A stretch of DNA of 64,000 nucleotides from Nitrospirota bacterium (lineage in GTDB: Bacteria; Nitrospirota; UBA9217), in contig CAVUCU010000004.1 in the NCBI GenBank assembly GCA_963740085.1, forward strand, positions 256,001-320,000. The letters run 5' to 3'. The notes beneath the pieces were generated by a model. That model had not been told where the DNA came from and ran no database searches. It saw only the letters and a program-made list of their open reading frames with translations. How positions within the stretch are numbered: position 1 is the stretch's first letter; every line of letters starts with the position of its first letter. Shown here piece after piece: positions 1-9,927 of this stretch. The translations under genes and the position numbers were made by a program.

Positions 1-2
1 TC

Positions 3-809
3 ATGATGTTTGCAGCAATTACGTTTCTGTTCGCAGCCTGCGGCCGTGATCATGGGGACAACGGAACGCCGGTCGATCTGACTAAAGCCTCAACAGTAAC
101 CGTTACCTCGGACAAGAGGATCGCCCTGGCGAACGGCAGTGAAAATATAACCCTGACCGCGCTGGTGACCAACGCGAGCGGCAGTGCGCTGTCTGGAACA
201 GCGATATCATTTGGGATCACGGCGGGAACAGGCACGTTACAAAACGCGGCTGCTACGACGGACGCATTGGGTAACGCTACGGTGCAAGTGAACAGGGGTC
301 CCATTGCCGCCCCGCTGACAAAAGAGGATGTGGTCATCACTGCTACGGCCGATGGCGTTTCGGGTTCTAAAACGGTCAGGTTCATCAATCTGCCCGCCTC
401 TGCAGCGATTGAAGTCGCGCTCACTAAAACGGTCTCGGACCTGGCGTGGTTGACATTCGACATCATCAGCGCTCCAACGCAAACGCCGCCAATATTCTTG
501 CAATTGGCTGCCATAGGCTCCGCGAATACTCCGCCGTATGTTAATGGGGTAAATACCTTGACGTGGCAGGCTGACCCTACCGCTCCCACGTATGCGATCA
601 TTACCTCTCTGATCCCGGGTTTCACTGCAACCGCTAATAGTGCTATCGTGGGAATTACGTATAACATCGATTCGACCATAAAAGAGCTGCCGGTCTTTTC
701 AGTGGGGCCGAATCATATCACCGCCAATAATTCGGGCGGATTTCCCATACTCCCGACACTGAACCAGGTAGATATTTCTGCAACGACGGTCTTTGACACA
801 GAATTATAG
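3..809 (+). CDS. Lipoprotein with bacterial Ig-like (Big-1) domain and C-terminal beta-sandwich (possibly cohesin-like); start may lie at or just beyond the window edge
   Basis: Lipobox LFAA-C; Big-1-like ALANG..ITLTALVTNASG..TTDALGNATV; paralog of 14552-15382 (both end TTVFDT). Confidence 0.7.
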   Translation: MMFAAITFLFAACGRDHGDNGTPVDLTKASTVTVTSDKRIALANGSENITLTALVTNASGSALSGTAISFGITAGTGTLQNAAATTDALGNATVQVNRGPIAAPLTKEDVVITATADGVSGSKTVRFINLPASAAIEVALTKTVSDLAWLTFDIISAPTQTPPIFLQLAAIGSANTPPYVNGVNTLTWQADPTAPTYAIITSLIPGFTATANSAIVGITYNIDSTIKELPVFSVGPNHITANNSGGFPILPTLNQVDISATTVFDTEL

Positions 810-911
810 TTACTCCCGGGTCGCGTACGCCGTCGCATGATCGGTCGACGGTGTGCGCTTCTCAGGGTTTTATTGCCATGTATTTTTTGTCCGGCTATTG
901 GAGGTAGTATC

Positions 912-2195
912 TTGAAAATTAAGTCACTGTTCTTCGTTGTTTGCTTCTCGTTGTTTTTATCGTGCTGGCTGTCTCCGGAGGCTGTCGCGTCGCCCAGCGT
1001 GACCATTGCCCCCGCGTCCGACAGTGTTTATGCGGTTATGGGGAACGATTTTTCAGACGCCTCGGGCATGGATATCACCATTCGCTACGATCCCTCTGCG
1101 CTGGCCGCTCCCCAGGTCGTGCAAGGAGGTCTTATCGGCGGGGCCCTCATGGCTATCAATGCCTCAACACCGGGAATGATCCGCCTGGCGCTCGTCCGTG
1201 TTACGGCGATCAAAGGGTCTGGAGCGATCGCAACGATAACCTTTACCCGTTTGAAGAGCACCGGTGCGGACATCCTGTCCCTCGTTTCCTCGGCAATAAA
1301 CACTGCGGGCCAAAGCATCCCGGTAACGTCACAGGTGGTGAATTCCGTGAAGACAGCGGACAGCGGCGCATCAACAACGGACCAAAAAACCGGGCAATCG
1401 ACAGCAGGGACCTCTCCGTCGTCGGAGTCCGGAACTCCCGGTACAACGGCAACAGCGCCGACGGGAATAGCAGGGATAGTGGTTCCCTTGCCGGGCGCAC
1501 CCGCCTCCGAGGTCCAGAGCGCAAGTTCTTCAACGGGTCAGCCCGCTCCTGATGAACAGCAGCCCGCCACTGATGAGATCGTTTCCCCTGAAGCAGCCAA
1601 AGAATCACCAGGTGAAAAGGCCGGCAAACCGGAGCTCAAGAAAGTCAAGATGTTTCCCAGTGTTCTGGAAAAATTCAGGGATTTTAAGGGCGCGAAGACA
1701 CCTGAGGCACTTATGGCTTTGTTCGATGTGCGGGATAACAATCCGCAACAAGACCCGCCTATCGTCCTTTCGAACGGCAAGGCTACGGTTAAAATCGTCC
1801 TTGAACTCGATTCCCAGGGAAAGAATAACAATTTTCTGCTTGATGGCGCAAGCCTGGTTTCTCTGAAAAAAAAGGAGAAGCATTTCTGGACCGTGGAACT
1901 TTTGCCGGATTCGAGGACCTATGAAGCGACAGTCAGCGTGCCCCGGAACGATCAGTGGTCCGTTATCCCCTTGACCGTTGCCCCGCCCATGGATGTCAAC
2001 ATAGACCCATCCTCCAGCAGACTGACCGAAGCGGATTTTAAAATGTATCTCAAGGAAAAGGGGACCGCCAAGACCCCCCGTTTTGACCTGAACAAAGACG
2101 GACGGCGCGATTACATTGATGATTATATTTTTACGGCCAATTATATCGTTCAACGTGACAGTCATTCGAAGAAGGAGATGAAGGTCCGAAAGTAA
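912..2195 (+). CDS. Secreted cohesin-domain protein with Ser/Thr/Pro linker and C-terminal EF-hand/dockerin-like Ca loop
   Basis: GGAGG then TTG at 912; signal peptide; cohesin-like SGMDITIRYDPSAL..GMIRLAL..GSGAIATITF; DLNKDGRRDYIDD loop. Confidence 0.75.
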   Translation: MKIKSLFFVVCFSLFLSCWLSPEAVASPSVTIAPASDSVYAVMGNDFSDASGMDITIRYDPSALAAPQVVQGGLIGGALMAINASTPGMIRLALVRVTAIKGSGAIATITFTRLKSTGADILSLVSSAINTAGQSIPVTSQVVNSVKTADSGASTTDQKTGQSTAGTSPSSESGTPGTTATAPTGIAGIVVPLPGAPASEVQSASSSTGQPAPDEQQPATDEIVSPEAAKESPGEKAGKPELKKVKMFPSVLEKFRDFKGAKTPEALMALFDVRDNNPQQDPPIVLSNGKATVKIVLELDSQGKNNNFLLDGASLVSLKKKEKHFWTVELLPDSRTYEATVSVPRNDQWSVIPLTVAPPMDVNIDPSSSRLTEADFKMYLKEKGTAKTPRFDLNKDGRRDYIDDYIFTANYIVQRDSHSKKEMKVRK

Positions 2196-2523
2196 CATTT
2201 GTCCCGCGTGCCGAAAACCGTAACGAGGGGGTGGGACATCATGGGAATTGAACTACTCTGGAGCCTGTTATGCTCACCCTGTCGAATTTCGGCAGGGTCA
2301 CGAGTGGTTCCCATAATCTTTTGCAGAGAAGGGGTCTGTTGAGGTCATATTTTATCATGGAGTTGCTTCCGATCTGCTTTGTTGCCCCTCATGCTATTTC
2401 CATAGATTGCGATCTGATATTTCTTCCAAAATTCACGGGCAGCATCACGGTATTATTTATAAAGAAGATCATCGATCAGGACGCAATTCCTGGTCCAGGT
2501 CTTCTTGCCTGTCGGGGTGGCTC

Positions 2524-3111
2524 ATGATAATAAAAACGGTCCGGATCTTTGTCTGCATGGTCGCGATACTGTTCATGCCATTGACCGGGGCCCTGAATCG
2601 TGCGCTGGCTGATGAACAGGGTTATCAGCGAAGCGTAGAGCAATACACAGTACCCGATGTCGTTCTCGTGAACCAGAACGGAGCGAAGGTCCGTCTTAAG
2701 GACCTTCTGCAAACCGACACGCCGGTGGTCCTGGATTTCATATTCGGGACCTGTACGACCATCTGTCCCATCCTTTCGGCCGGGTACGTCAACTTGCAGC
2801 ATAAGCTCGGCCCGGATTCCCGGGCGATCCGGCTCGTTTCGATCTCCATCGATCCGGAACATGATACACCGAAGGTCATGAACGCGTATCTGAAACGGTT
2901 TCGTGCGAAGCCGGGATGGGATTTTCTGACCGGCTCCCGTGAAGATATCGACAAGGTGATGACGGCGTTCGGCGCTTACATTCAGAACAAGATGTCGCAT
3001 TACCCGTTGACGCTGATCCGCTCCCCTGAGGACGGCTCATGGATCAGGCTCTTCGGCCTCATGAGCACCGCGGAATTTATGAACGAGGTCCAGAAGGTAA
3101 AGAAGAAATGA
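2524..3111 (+). CDS. SCO1/SenC family copper chaperone
   Basis: FIFGTCTTICP (CxxxC), SISIDPEHDTP, conserved His in MSHYP; signal peptide. Confidence 0.9.
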   Translation: MIIKTVRIFVCMVAILFMPLTGALNRALADEQGYQRSVEQYTVPDVVLVNQNGAKVRLKDLLQTDTPVVLDFIFGTCTTICPILSAGYVNLQHKLGPDSRAIRLVSISIDPEHDTPKVMNAYLKRFRAKPGWDFLTGSREDIDKVMTAFGAYIQNKMSHYPLTLIRSPEDGSWIRLFGLMSTAEFMNEVQKVKKK

Positions 3112-4815
3112 TCGGTGAACGGGGGAAAAAGAAGCATCGCGGTGAGCAGATCGTCCTGCACGCAGGGGTCCTTTGCCTGACACTTCTTTTCTGTGCAGCC
3201 TTCGCTCTTGCAGCCGAAAAACCAGGTGCTGATGCCGCCCATTCGCAGCGCGAGATCCTTCAACTGGGGGAGCGGATGTATCGCGAGGGGCTTCTGCCCT
3301 CCGGAGAGCCGATGCAGGCATTTGTAAAAGGAGACCTCCCCGTTTCGGGGACGACCTTTACCTGTGTAACCTGTCATCAGCGCAGCGGGCTTGGATCGAC
3401 CGAAGGGGGTGTTGATACGCCTGCCACGAACGGCCCCGAACTCTTGAAGCCATTTCAGATGCGCTATGCACGTTACGGTATGAACAAATCAACCTATTTC
3501 CAAATACCCATCGAGCGGCCGGCATATACCGATGAAACACTGGCAGAAGCGATCCGGGGCGGCGTCGATTCCCGGGGGCGGGTCCTCGATTATGTCATGC
3601 CTCGTTACCTGCTTGATGATGAGGACATGGCGATCATGATCTTCTACCTGAAGTCACTTTCAACGCATATTTCACCCGGCATTTCAGACACGACCTTCAA
3701 GTTTGCGACCGTCATGACGGATGACGTCAGCCAGGAAGACCGCGATGCGGAGCTCGCCCCTTTGGTAAATTTTATCAATATCAGGAACAATCATTCAGCA
3801 TTTTTAAAAAAACTATCCAACAGCGGAAAACTGCGTATGGCTGGAAATTTGATGCCTCCCCCCACACAGGCGATATCGTTATCGATATGGTTGTTGAAAG
3901 GTCCACCGGAAACGTGGCGCAGCCAGTTGGAGGAGTACAATCGCAAGGAGCCGGTATTCGCCCTGATCGGCGGAATAACAAAAGGGGAATGGAAGCCGAT
4001 CCACCAGTTCAGTGAGGACAACCACATCCCGTGTCTTTTTCCCAACACCGATTTTCCGGTGATTTCACGGACCGACTGGTACACCTATGTACCTGTCAAA
4101 AGGGTACTACCAGGAGGGCGAGGCTGCTGCCCACTATCTCAACAACAAGGGGGAGCTCTTGAAGGGCGGGCCGATCGTCCAGATCGTTCGCGATTCGCGC
4201 GAGGGGCGGGCGCTCTCAATGGGATTTCAGGAGACCTGGCGGAATCTCGGGCATGAAGCGTTGGTGACGCTCATCCTGAAACCGGGGGAAAAACTGACCG
4301 AGGACGTTATACAGAAATTGCTGGCAAAGAAGAAGGCCAGAGCTGTCGTCCTCTGGGATGGCTCCGCGGCGCCGTCGGAGCTGGAAACGCTGGCAACGGT
4401 CAAGAACAGGCCGGAGATGGTTTTCGTTTCTTCAAGCTATCTCGGCAAGGATCTGTGGTCGCTGAAAGAACAGGTCCGCGATTTCACTTACGTAACGTAT
4501 CCTTTCAGGTTGCAGGACAAGCTTGATCAATGGGACTCCTCGCTGGTCCTTTCAGCCAACATAACGAAAGAAGCGAATGCAGCATATTCCATTCAAGAGA
4601 TATTGACCCAGGCACTCATAGATATGAAAGGTAATTATTACCGCGACAATTTTCTGGATGTTATCGGGATGATGGATGATCTGGAGGTCCCCTTGTATGA
4701 ACGCCTCAGTTTCGGCCCGGGACAGCGCTACGCCTCGAAGGGGTGTTACATCGTTCAGCTCTCAAAGGGAGAAAAACCCGAACTCGTCAGGAAAAGTGAC
4801 TGGGTAATTCATTGA
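3108..4815 (+). CDS. Cytochrome c fused to periplasmic-binding-protein-like domain (apparent +1 frameshift at ~4087)
   Basis: CVTCH heme motif; ATGA overlap with SCO; ACACCTATGTACC here versus ACACCTTGTACC in the paralog joins ORFs 3039-4256 and 4087-4815. Confidence 0.8.
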
Positions 4816-4828
4816 AAGGAGGTCAGGA

Positions 4829-5407
4829 GTGATGCGGAGCAAATTCCTGGGCATGGTGCCGGTTCTGGTCTTTTTTACGATGATGCTTATCGGGAGACCG
4901 GCTGTCGCCGCGGGGGAATCCTACGAGCGGACCCTGGAAAGTTATACTGTGCCGGATGTTGTGCTGGTTAATCAGGATGGGGTCAAGGTTCACCTGAGGG
5001 AACTCCTGCAGTCGAAGGATCCGGTCATTCTGGATTTCATCTTCGGCACCTGCACGACCATCTGCCCGATATTGTCGTCAAGTTTCGCCAACCTGCAGAA
5101 TAAGCTGGGCGCCGCTTCCCGGAAAGTTCATCTGGTATCCATAACCATTGATCCGGAGCACGACTCACCAAGGGTCATGAAGGAGTACCTGAAGCGATAT
5201 CGCGCAAAACCCGGATGGGATTTTTTGACCGGATCGCGCTCGGATATTGACAAGGTGATGGCTGCATTCAACGCCTCTATTCCCAGCAAGATGTCCCATT
5301 ATCCGCTGACACTGATCCATTCTCCGGGAGACGGCAAATGGATCAGGATCTTCGGGCTGATGGGGAGCGCTGAATTCATGAGCGAGTGCCGGAAGGTGGG
5401 GATATGA
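4829..5407 (+). CDS. SCO1/SenC family copper chaperone (copy 2)
   Basis: FIFGTCTTICP, ITIDPEHDSP; AGGAGG RBS. Confidence 0.9.
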   Translation: MMRSKFLGMVPVLVFFTMMLIGRPAVAAGESYERTLESYTVPDVVLVNQDGVKVHLRELLQSKDPVILDFIFGTCTTICPILSSSFANLQNKLGAASRKVHLVSITIDPEHDSPRVMKEYLKRYRAKPGWDFLTGSRSDIDKVMAAFNASIPSKMSHYPLTLIHSPGDGKWIRIFGLMGSAEFMSECRKVGI

Positions 5408-7086
5408 TGAAAGGTCCGAACAGTAACCGGCTGGGCAATTGTATTATACTGTTCGCAGTTCTCTGCGTGGCGGCCCTTCAGCTTTTCGTAGTGCTGCCAA
5501 ACTCGTTCGGCGAACCGCTTAAGCCTTCTCTTTCGCCGGAAGAGAAGCTTCGGTTGGGAGAACGGATGTATCGAGAAGGTGTCCTGCCATCGGGTGAACC
5601 GATGCAGGCATTCGTAAAAGGAGACGTCCCTGTTCCTGGGACTGCTTTTACCTGTGTAAGTTGTCATCTGCGGAGCGGGCTCGGATCTTTTGAAGGGGGC
5701 GTTTACACGCCTGCCACGAACGGGGCTAAACTCTTCAATCCGCTCCAACTGACCTATGTACGATTCGACCGGCCGGCGTACACCGATAAAACACTGGCTG
5801 ACGCGATCCGGGGTGGCGTCGATCCCCGGGGACGGGTCCTCGATTATGTCATGCCTCGTTACCTGCTGGATGATGAGGACATGGCGATCATGATATTCTA
5901 CCTGAAGTCGCTCTCGTCACAATTTTCACCCGGGATCTCGGAGACGAACCTTCATTTGGCAACGGTCATGACCGATGATGTGAGCCAGAAAGATCGTGAT
6001 GCGATGTTTGTGTCTTTGCTGGGTATCATTGGTTCCAGGAACCAATATGCAAGGTTGAAAAGCCGGCAGAGCGTCCTCGGCAAAGGGCAATTAGTCCTGA
6101 TGTCGGATGACATGATGAACTCATTTGACCAAATTATATCGCTCTCGCCCTGGCTCCTGAAAGGTCCACCGGAGACGTGGCGCAGCCAGTTGGAGGAGTA
6201 CAATCGCAAGGAGCCGGTATTCGCCCTGATCGGCGGAATAACAAAAGGGGAATGGAAACCGATCCACCAGTTCAGTGAGGACAACCACATCCCGTGTCTT
6301 TTTCCCAACACCGATTTTCCGGTAATTTCACGGACCGACTGGTACACCTTGTACCTTTCAAAAGGGTACTACCAGGAGGGCGAGGCTGCTGCCCACTATC
6401 TCAACAACAAGGGGGAGCTCTTGAAGGGCGGGCCGATCGTCCAGATCGTTCGCGATTCGCGCGAGGGGCGGGCGCTCTCAATGGGATTTCAGGAGACCTG
6501 GCGGGATCTCGGGCATGAAGCGTTGGTGACGCTCATCCTGAAGCCGGGGGAAAAACTGACCAAGGATGTCAAACAGCTGCTGGCAAAGGACAAGCCTGGA
6601 GCTGTCGTCCTCTGGGATGGCTCCGCGGCGCCGTCGGAGCTGGAAACGCTGGCAACGGTCAAGAACAGGCCGGAGATGGTTTTCGTTTCTTCGAGCTATC
6701 TCGGCAAGGATCTGTGGTCGCTGAAAGAACAGGTCCGCGACTTCACTTACATAACGTATCCTTTCAGATTGCCGCCGTCGCCCACGGAGATGATAAATCC
6801 CTCTGACCCGTGGTACTATTTAAAAGGAAATACAACGAAAGAAGCTAATCAGGCGTATATCATCTCTCAAGTATTCAACATGGCGATCATGGATATGAGA
6901 AGGAATTATTACCGCGACAATTTTCTCGACGTTATCGGGATGATACCGGATACGGAGGTCCCCTTGTATGAACACATCAGTTTCGGTCCTGGACAGCGCT
7001 ACGTCTCGAAGGGATGTTATATCGTTCAGCTCTCAAAGGGAGAAAAACCCGTACTCATCAGAAAAAGTGACTGGGTAATTCAGTAG
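5404..7086 (+). CDS. Cytochrome c / periplasmic-binding-protein-like fusion (copy 2)
   Basis: CVSCH; shared C-terminal SFGPGQRY.SKGCYIVQL; overlaps SCO stop. Confidence 0.85.
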   Translation: MMKGPNSNRLGNCIILFAVLCVAALQLFVVLPNSFGEPLKPSLSPEEKLRLGERMYREGVLPSGEPMQAFVKGDVPVPGTAFTCVSCHLRSGLGSFEGGVYTPATNGAKLFNPLQLTYVRFDRPAYTDKTLADAIRGGVDPRGRVLDYVMPRYLLDDEDMAIMIFYLKSLSSQFSPGISETNLHLATVMTDDVSQKDRDAMFVSLLGIIGSRNQYARLKSRQSVLGKGQLVLMSDDMMNSFDQIISLSPWLLKGPPETWRSQLEEYNRKEPVFALIGGITKGEWKPIHQFSEDNHIPCLFPNTDFPVISRTDWYTLYLSKGYYQEGEAAAHYLNNKGELLKGGPIVQIVRDSREGRALSMGFQETWRDLGHEALVTLILKPGEKLTKDVKQLLAKDKPGAVVLWDGSAAPSELETLATVKNRPEMVFVSSSYLGKDLWSLKEQVRDFTYITYPFRLPPSPTEMINPSDPWYYLKGNTTKEANQAYIISQVFNMAIMDMRRNYYRDNFLDVIGMIPDTEVPLYEHISFGPGQRYVSKGCYIVQLSKGEKPVLIRKSDWVIQ

Positions 7087-7136
7087 TAAAGAAACTGCCC
7101 ACCGCTCGTCCGGACAAACAATTTTGGAGAGAAAGA

Positions 7137-7867
7137 TGAACAGGGTTGTCTTAATGGTAATGATCTTTTTAGCAATCGCATCTGCGGCGCAGGCTAAAAA
7201 CCAGTTTTACGGTGATCAAGAGCTTAGTATGCTGAGTGAAGGGTACAAGCTGTTCATTAGCGACAACATTATTAATACCGTTGATAAAATAGAGCGCGGC
7301 GCAGACGCTCGCACCGCTTACTGTACCGGCGCTGATGAAAAAACTGCAAAGCATATCGGCGATATAAGCGTGGTGCGCTCGGATAACCGTTTGCGGATCA
7401 GTGGGAATACAAAGATATCCTACTCTGCTGCTTGCAACACGTATTACTCTGTTGTTGAACGTTTAAAGACTGCTGATGATATCAGGAGGCTCTGGTTGTT
7501 ATTTGCCGATTCTGGAACGGACGGTTATGCGGCAGAAACCATTAAAAAACACGGTGTAAATGAAGACCCCAGTGCTTTAATTGAGTTGAGGCGGTTGGAA
7601 GTTGTTTCCAAGTATATCGAATTTTTTACAAACAATAAAGACTGGAAACTTACGGAGTATACCTTTCTGTCGCAAGCCTTTAAGGCACGGAAAGATAAAC
7701 CGTTATCTCCTGTCTTTGCACAATTCATCTCGGCGTTGTTAACAGGTGATGCGGAGAAGGCGTTCCGAGTCCTAAAATCGATTGATCTTGATGATCTTGG
7801 CAGCCGTTTTATTCCACCGGTTTCAAGTGACGGCCTGAAGCCCAGCGGGGCAGACCCGCACGAGTAG
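7137..7867 (+). CDS. Secreted hypothetical protein
   Basis: GGAGA RBS, signal peptide ending AQA; AT-richer than neighbours. Confidence 0.6.
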
Positions 7868-7931
7868 CATGCCGGGAGTGCAACCTATAGTTCACCTCTC
7901 CGACAACCCGCATCTCCTCATGAAAGGATAT

Positions 7932-8336
7932 ATGTCGATTTTTCGCAGCTCTGTCAGATTTCTTATATTGTCGGTGGTTGTTTCGGCCCTTGCCCTGAGC
8001 CTTGCTTCAGGAGCTGGGGTGGCACAGGTCGCGTCACAATACGACGCGACGCTCAAGCAAATGCTTGATGCGGTCCAGGAGAAATCATACGAGCCGTTCG
8101 TGGCCAGAGGAGACCTGAGATTCAAAAACGGTTTTACCACGACGATGTTCGATGAACTGTCCCGGCAGCTCGCGCCGAGGCTTCGGCAGGGTTATTCCAT
8201 GACATTCCTTACCACCCTGCGCCAGCGGGACTACCTGGTCTATGTCTGGAAACTTGCGTTTAAGGACGGCAAGGATGACTTTCTTGTCAACATGGCTATT
8301 AAAGACGGAAAAATCACCGGCTTTATTACCCGGTGA
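7932..8336 (+). CDS. Secreted hypothetical protein
   Basis: AAAGGA RBS before ATG; signal peptide; alpha/beta mature part. Confidence 0.6.
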   Translation: MSIFRSSVRFLILSVVVSALALSLASGAGVAQVASQYDATLKQMLDAVQEKSYEPFVARGDLRFKNGFTTTMFDELSRQLAPRLRQGYSMTFLTTLRQRDYLVYVWKLAFKDGKDDFLVNMAIKDGKITGFITR

Positions 8337-8572
8337 TGGTGATTAAGTACCGGTCCCATCCGATATTCGTCCGCTCCGCTGGATGTCTGGAACTTCAAAA
8401 GGTCGGAATTTGAAGGTATCCTGACGCTCAGTTCATCTAAAAAATGAGATGCATTGGGTTTAAATGCATACCTGGTTAAAAAAGACCATTCAAAATGGAC
8501 CTGTTCCCTTTCCTCATCTCTTTCCTTCCGTATAACGCATTGTAATCATAAATGTCTTGAATAGGCTTTAGT

Positions 8573-8589
8573 TGGGCATTACTCTTGCA
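8573..8589 (+). promoter_or_regulatory. Putative sigma-54 (-24/-12) promoter
   Basis: TGGGCATTACTCTTGCA has GG-N10-GC spacing, about 95 bp upstream of the ATG at 8684. Confidence 0.55.
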
Positions 8590-8683
8590 AACAATAAGCC
8601 GGATAAAAGAAGATTAAAGGTCCGCCGATGCCAATAACCTTCAACCAAGTCTCAGGTGTGACGGCTTGAGAAAGGAAATTCCT

Positions 8684-9301
8684 ATGAAACTGAGATTGAT
8701 GATCGTCCTGGGCATTGTACTCCTGGCCTGTCAGGCTGTCGCCGGAGAGAAGATTGCTCTTAAGACGCAAAAGGATATTGAGAACTACAATGCCGGGATA
8801 AGGATCGCAAGGTCCTTAAGGCAGCAGGGGGGCGAGATCAACCTGGATATCGTGATCCAGGGAATGAAGGACGAGTTAACAGGCGAAGGGCACATTTTGA
8901 CGGAAGACAATGTCTCGGAAACCCTGGTCGCGTCGCATAACGAAATGAAGCAGGTGTGCCGGGTTATCGAAGATTCGGAACTCTACGAGGCAATATGTAA
9001 CAGAACTGATCCGCAGGCACCAGCATCATCTCAAGCCCAGGTGCAGAAGCAGAGATCTGATGAGGAACAAACTTTTGCCGCCCTGTTTGCCTCTACTCCA
9101 GCAGCTCCCCGGAGAATTGCTTCGCAAACGGGCGTATTATCTCAGGCGCTTATGCAGAGACAGGCGCCTGTTCAGTACCAAACCTTTGCAGACCTGCAAG
9201 CTGCACAGGCGCAAGTGAACGATGAGCCGGTTAAGATCGAGAGGAGCGACCTTGCCAGAAGATTTGGCGAGGCGTGGGTCAAAACGCAACCGCATCAGTG
9301 A
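8684..9301 (+). CDS. Secreted protein with FKBP N-terminal (Mip/FkpA dimerisation) domain; no PPIase domain evident
   Basis: Signal peptide; LKTQKDIENYNAGIRIARSL..INLDIVIQGMKD resembles FKBP_N; Gln/Ala-rich tail. Confidence 0.65.
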   Translation: MKLRLMIVLGIVLLACQAVAGEKIALKTQKDIENYNAGIRIARSLRQQGGEINLDIVIQGMKDELTGEGHILTEDNVSETLVASHNEMKQVCRVIEDSELYEAICNRTDPQAPASSQAQVQKQRSDEEQTFAALFASTPAAPRRIASQTGVLSQALMQRQAPVQYQTFADLQAAQAQVNDEPVKIERSDLARRFGEAWVKTQPHQ

Positions 9302-9365
9302 AACACCGAAAATATATTATAAATCAGAAAAAAGAGACGAAAGATGATACCGGCAGACTAAAATG

Positions 9366-9500
9366 TTGAGAATCTCCTAAAAAGTCGAATTTAACCGCAG
9401 AGCCGCAGAGTGGCGCCGAGGAAACCTCTTAATCTTTAAGATCTATTTCTCCGCGTCTCAGAGTCTCGGCGGTAGATTTTTCTTTTTACGACTTCATCAA
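9366..9500. repeat. REP/MITE-like palindromic element
   Basis: Inner arms ACCGCAGAGCCGCAGAG / CTCAGAGTCTCGGCGGT; outer arms TAAAAAGTC / CTTTTTACGACTTCATCAA. Confidence 0.6.
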
Positions 9501-9605
9501 ATATTTGACGATAAACAGACGGAACATTCGAAGAAGAGTGACGCGCATGCACATGACCGCGGGTTTGGCAGCGCAGGCAAACAGATATGAAAGGAGAAGT
9601 AAAAT

Positions 9606-9927
9606 ATGAGCGGACTCAAATTTAAGTTGAGAAACAGCTGTAAGCCTTTATTGTTGCTGCCATTCATATTGGCAGTAGCCGCCCTTTTTTTGGGGAGGGA
9701 TCAATGTAACGAGCGCGGGAGCGGATCAATCGGGGAGACATCCGAAAAATGCCGCTGAATATCACGCGATCCGGGACCCCAAAGTTGACCCGAATTTATC
9801 CCCGGCTCAACGGGCGCGCGTGCAACGGGACGCTGCGATCAAGAATAGAGAAAATACCAGGAAGTTCATTCAGAATATTATGGCAGGGAAAGAATCGGCA
9901 TCTTCCCAGGGAGGGAGTGCAAAATGA
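9606..9927 (+). CDS. Small secreted protein translationally coupled to the multicopper oxidase (one apparent frameshift in the T7G4 run at ~9690); not in ORF track
   Basis: AAAGGAG RBS; MSGLKFKLRNSCKPLLLLPFILAVAALF then, after removing 1 nt, ..LSPAQRARVQRDAAIKNRENTRKFIQNIM..GGSAK*; TGA overlaps the MCO ATG. Confidence 0.55.

Noticed and set aside
8590-8680. c-di-GMP riboswitch in the MCO operon leader
   Set aside because: The GCAAAC seen is part of the sigma-54 -12 box; no GEMM two-hairpin consensus found
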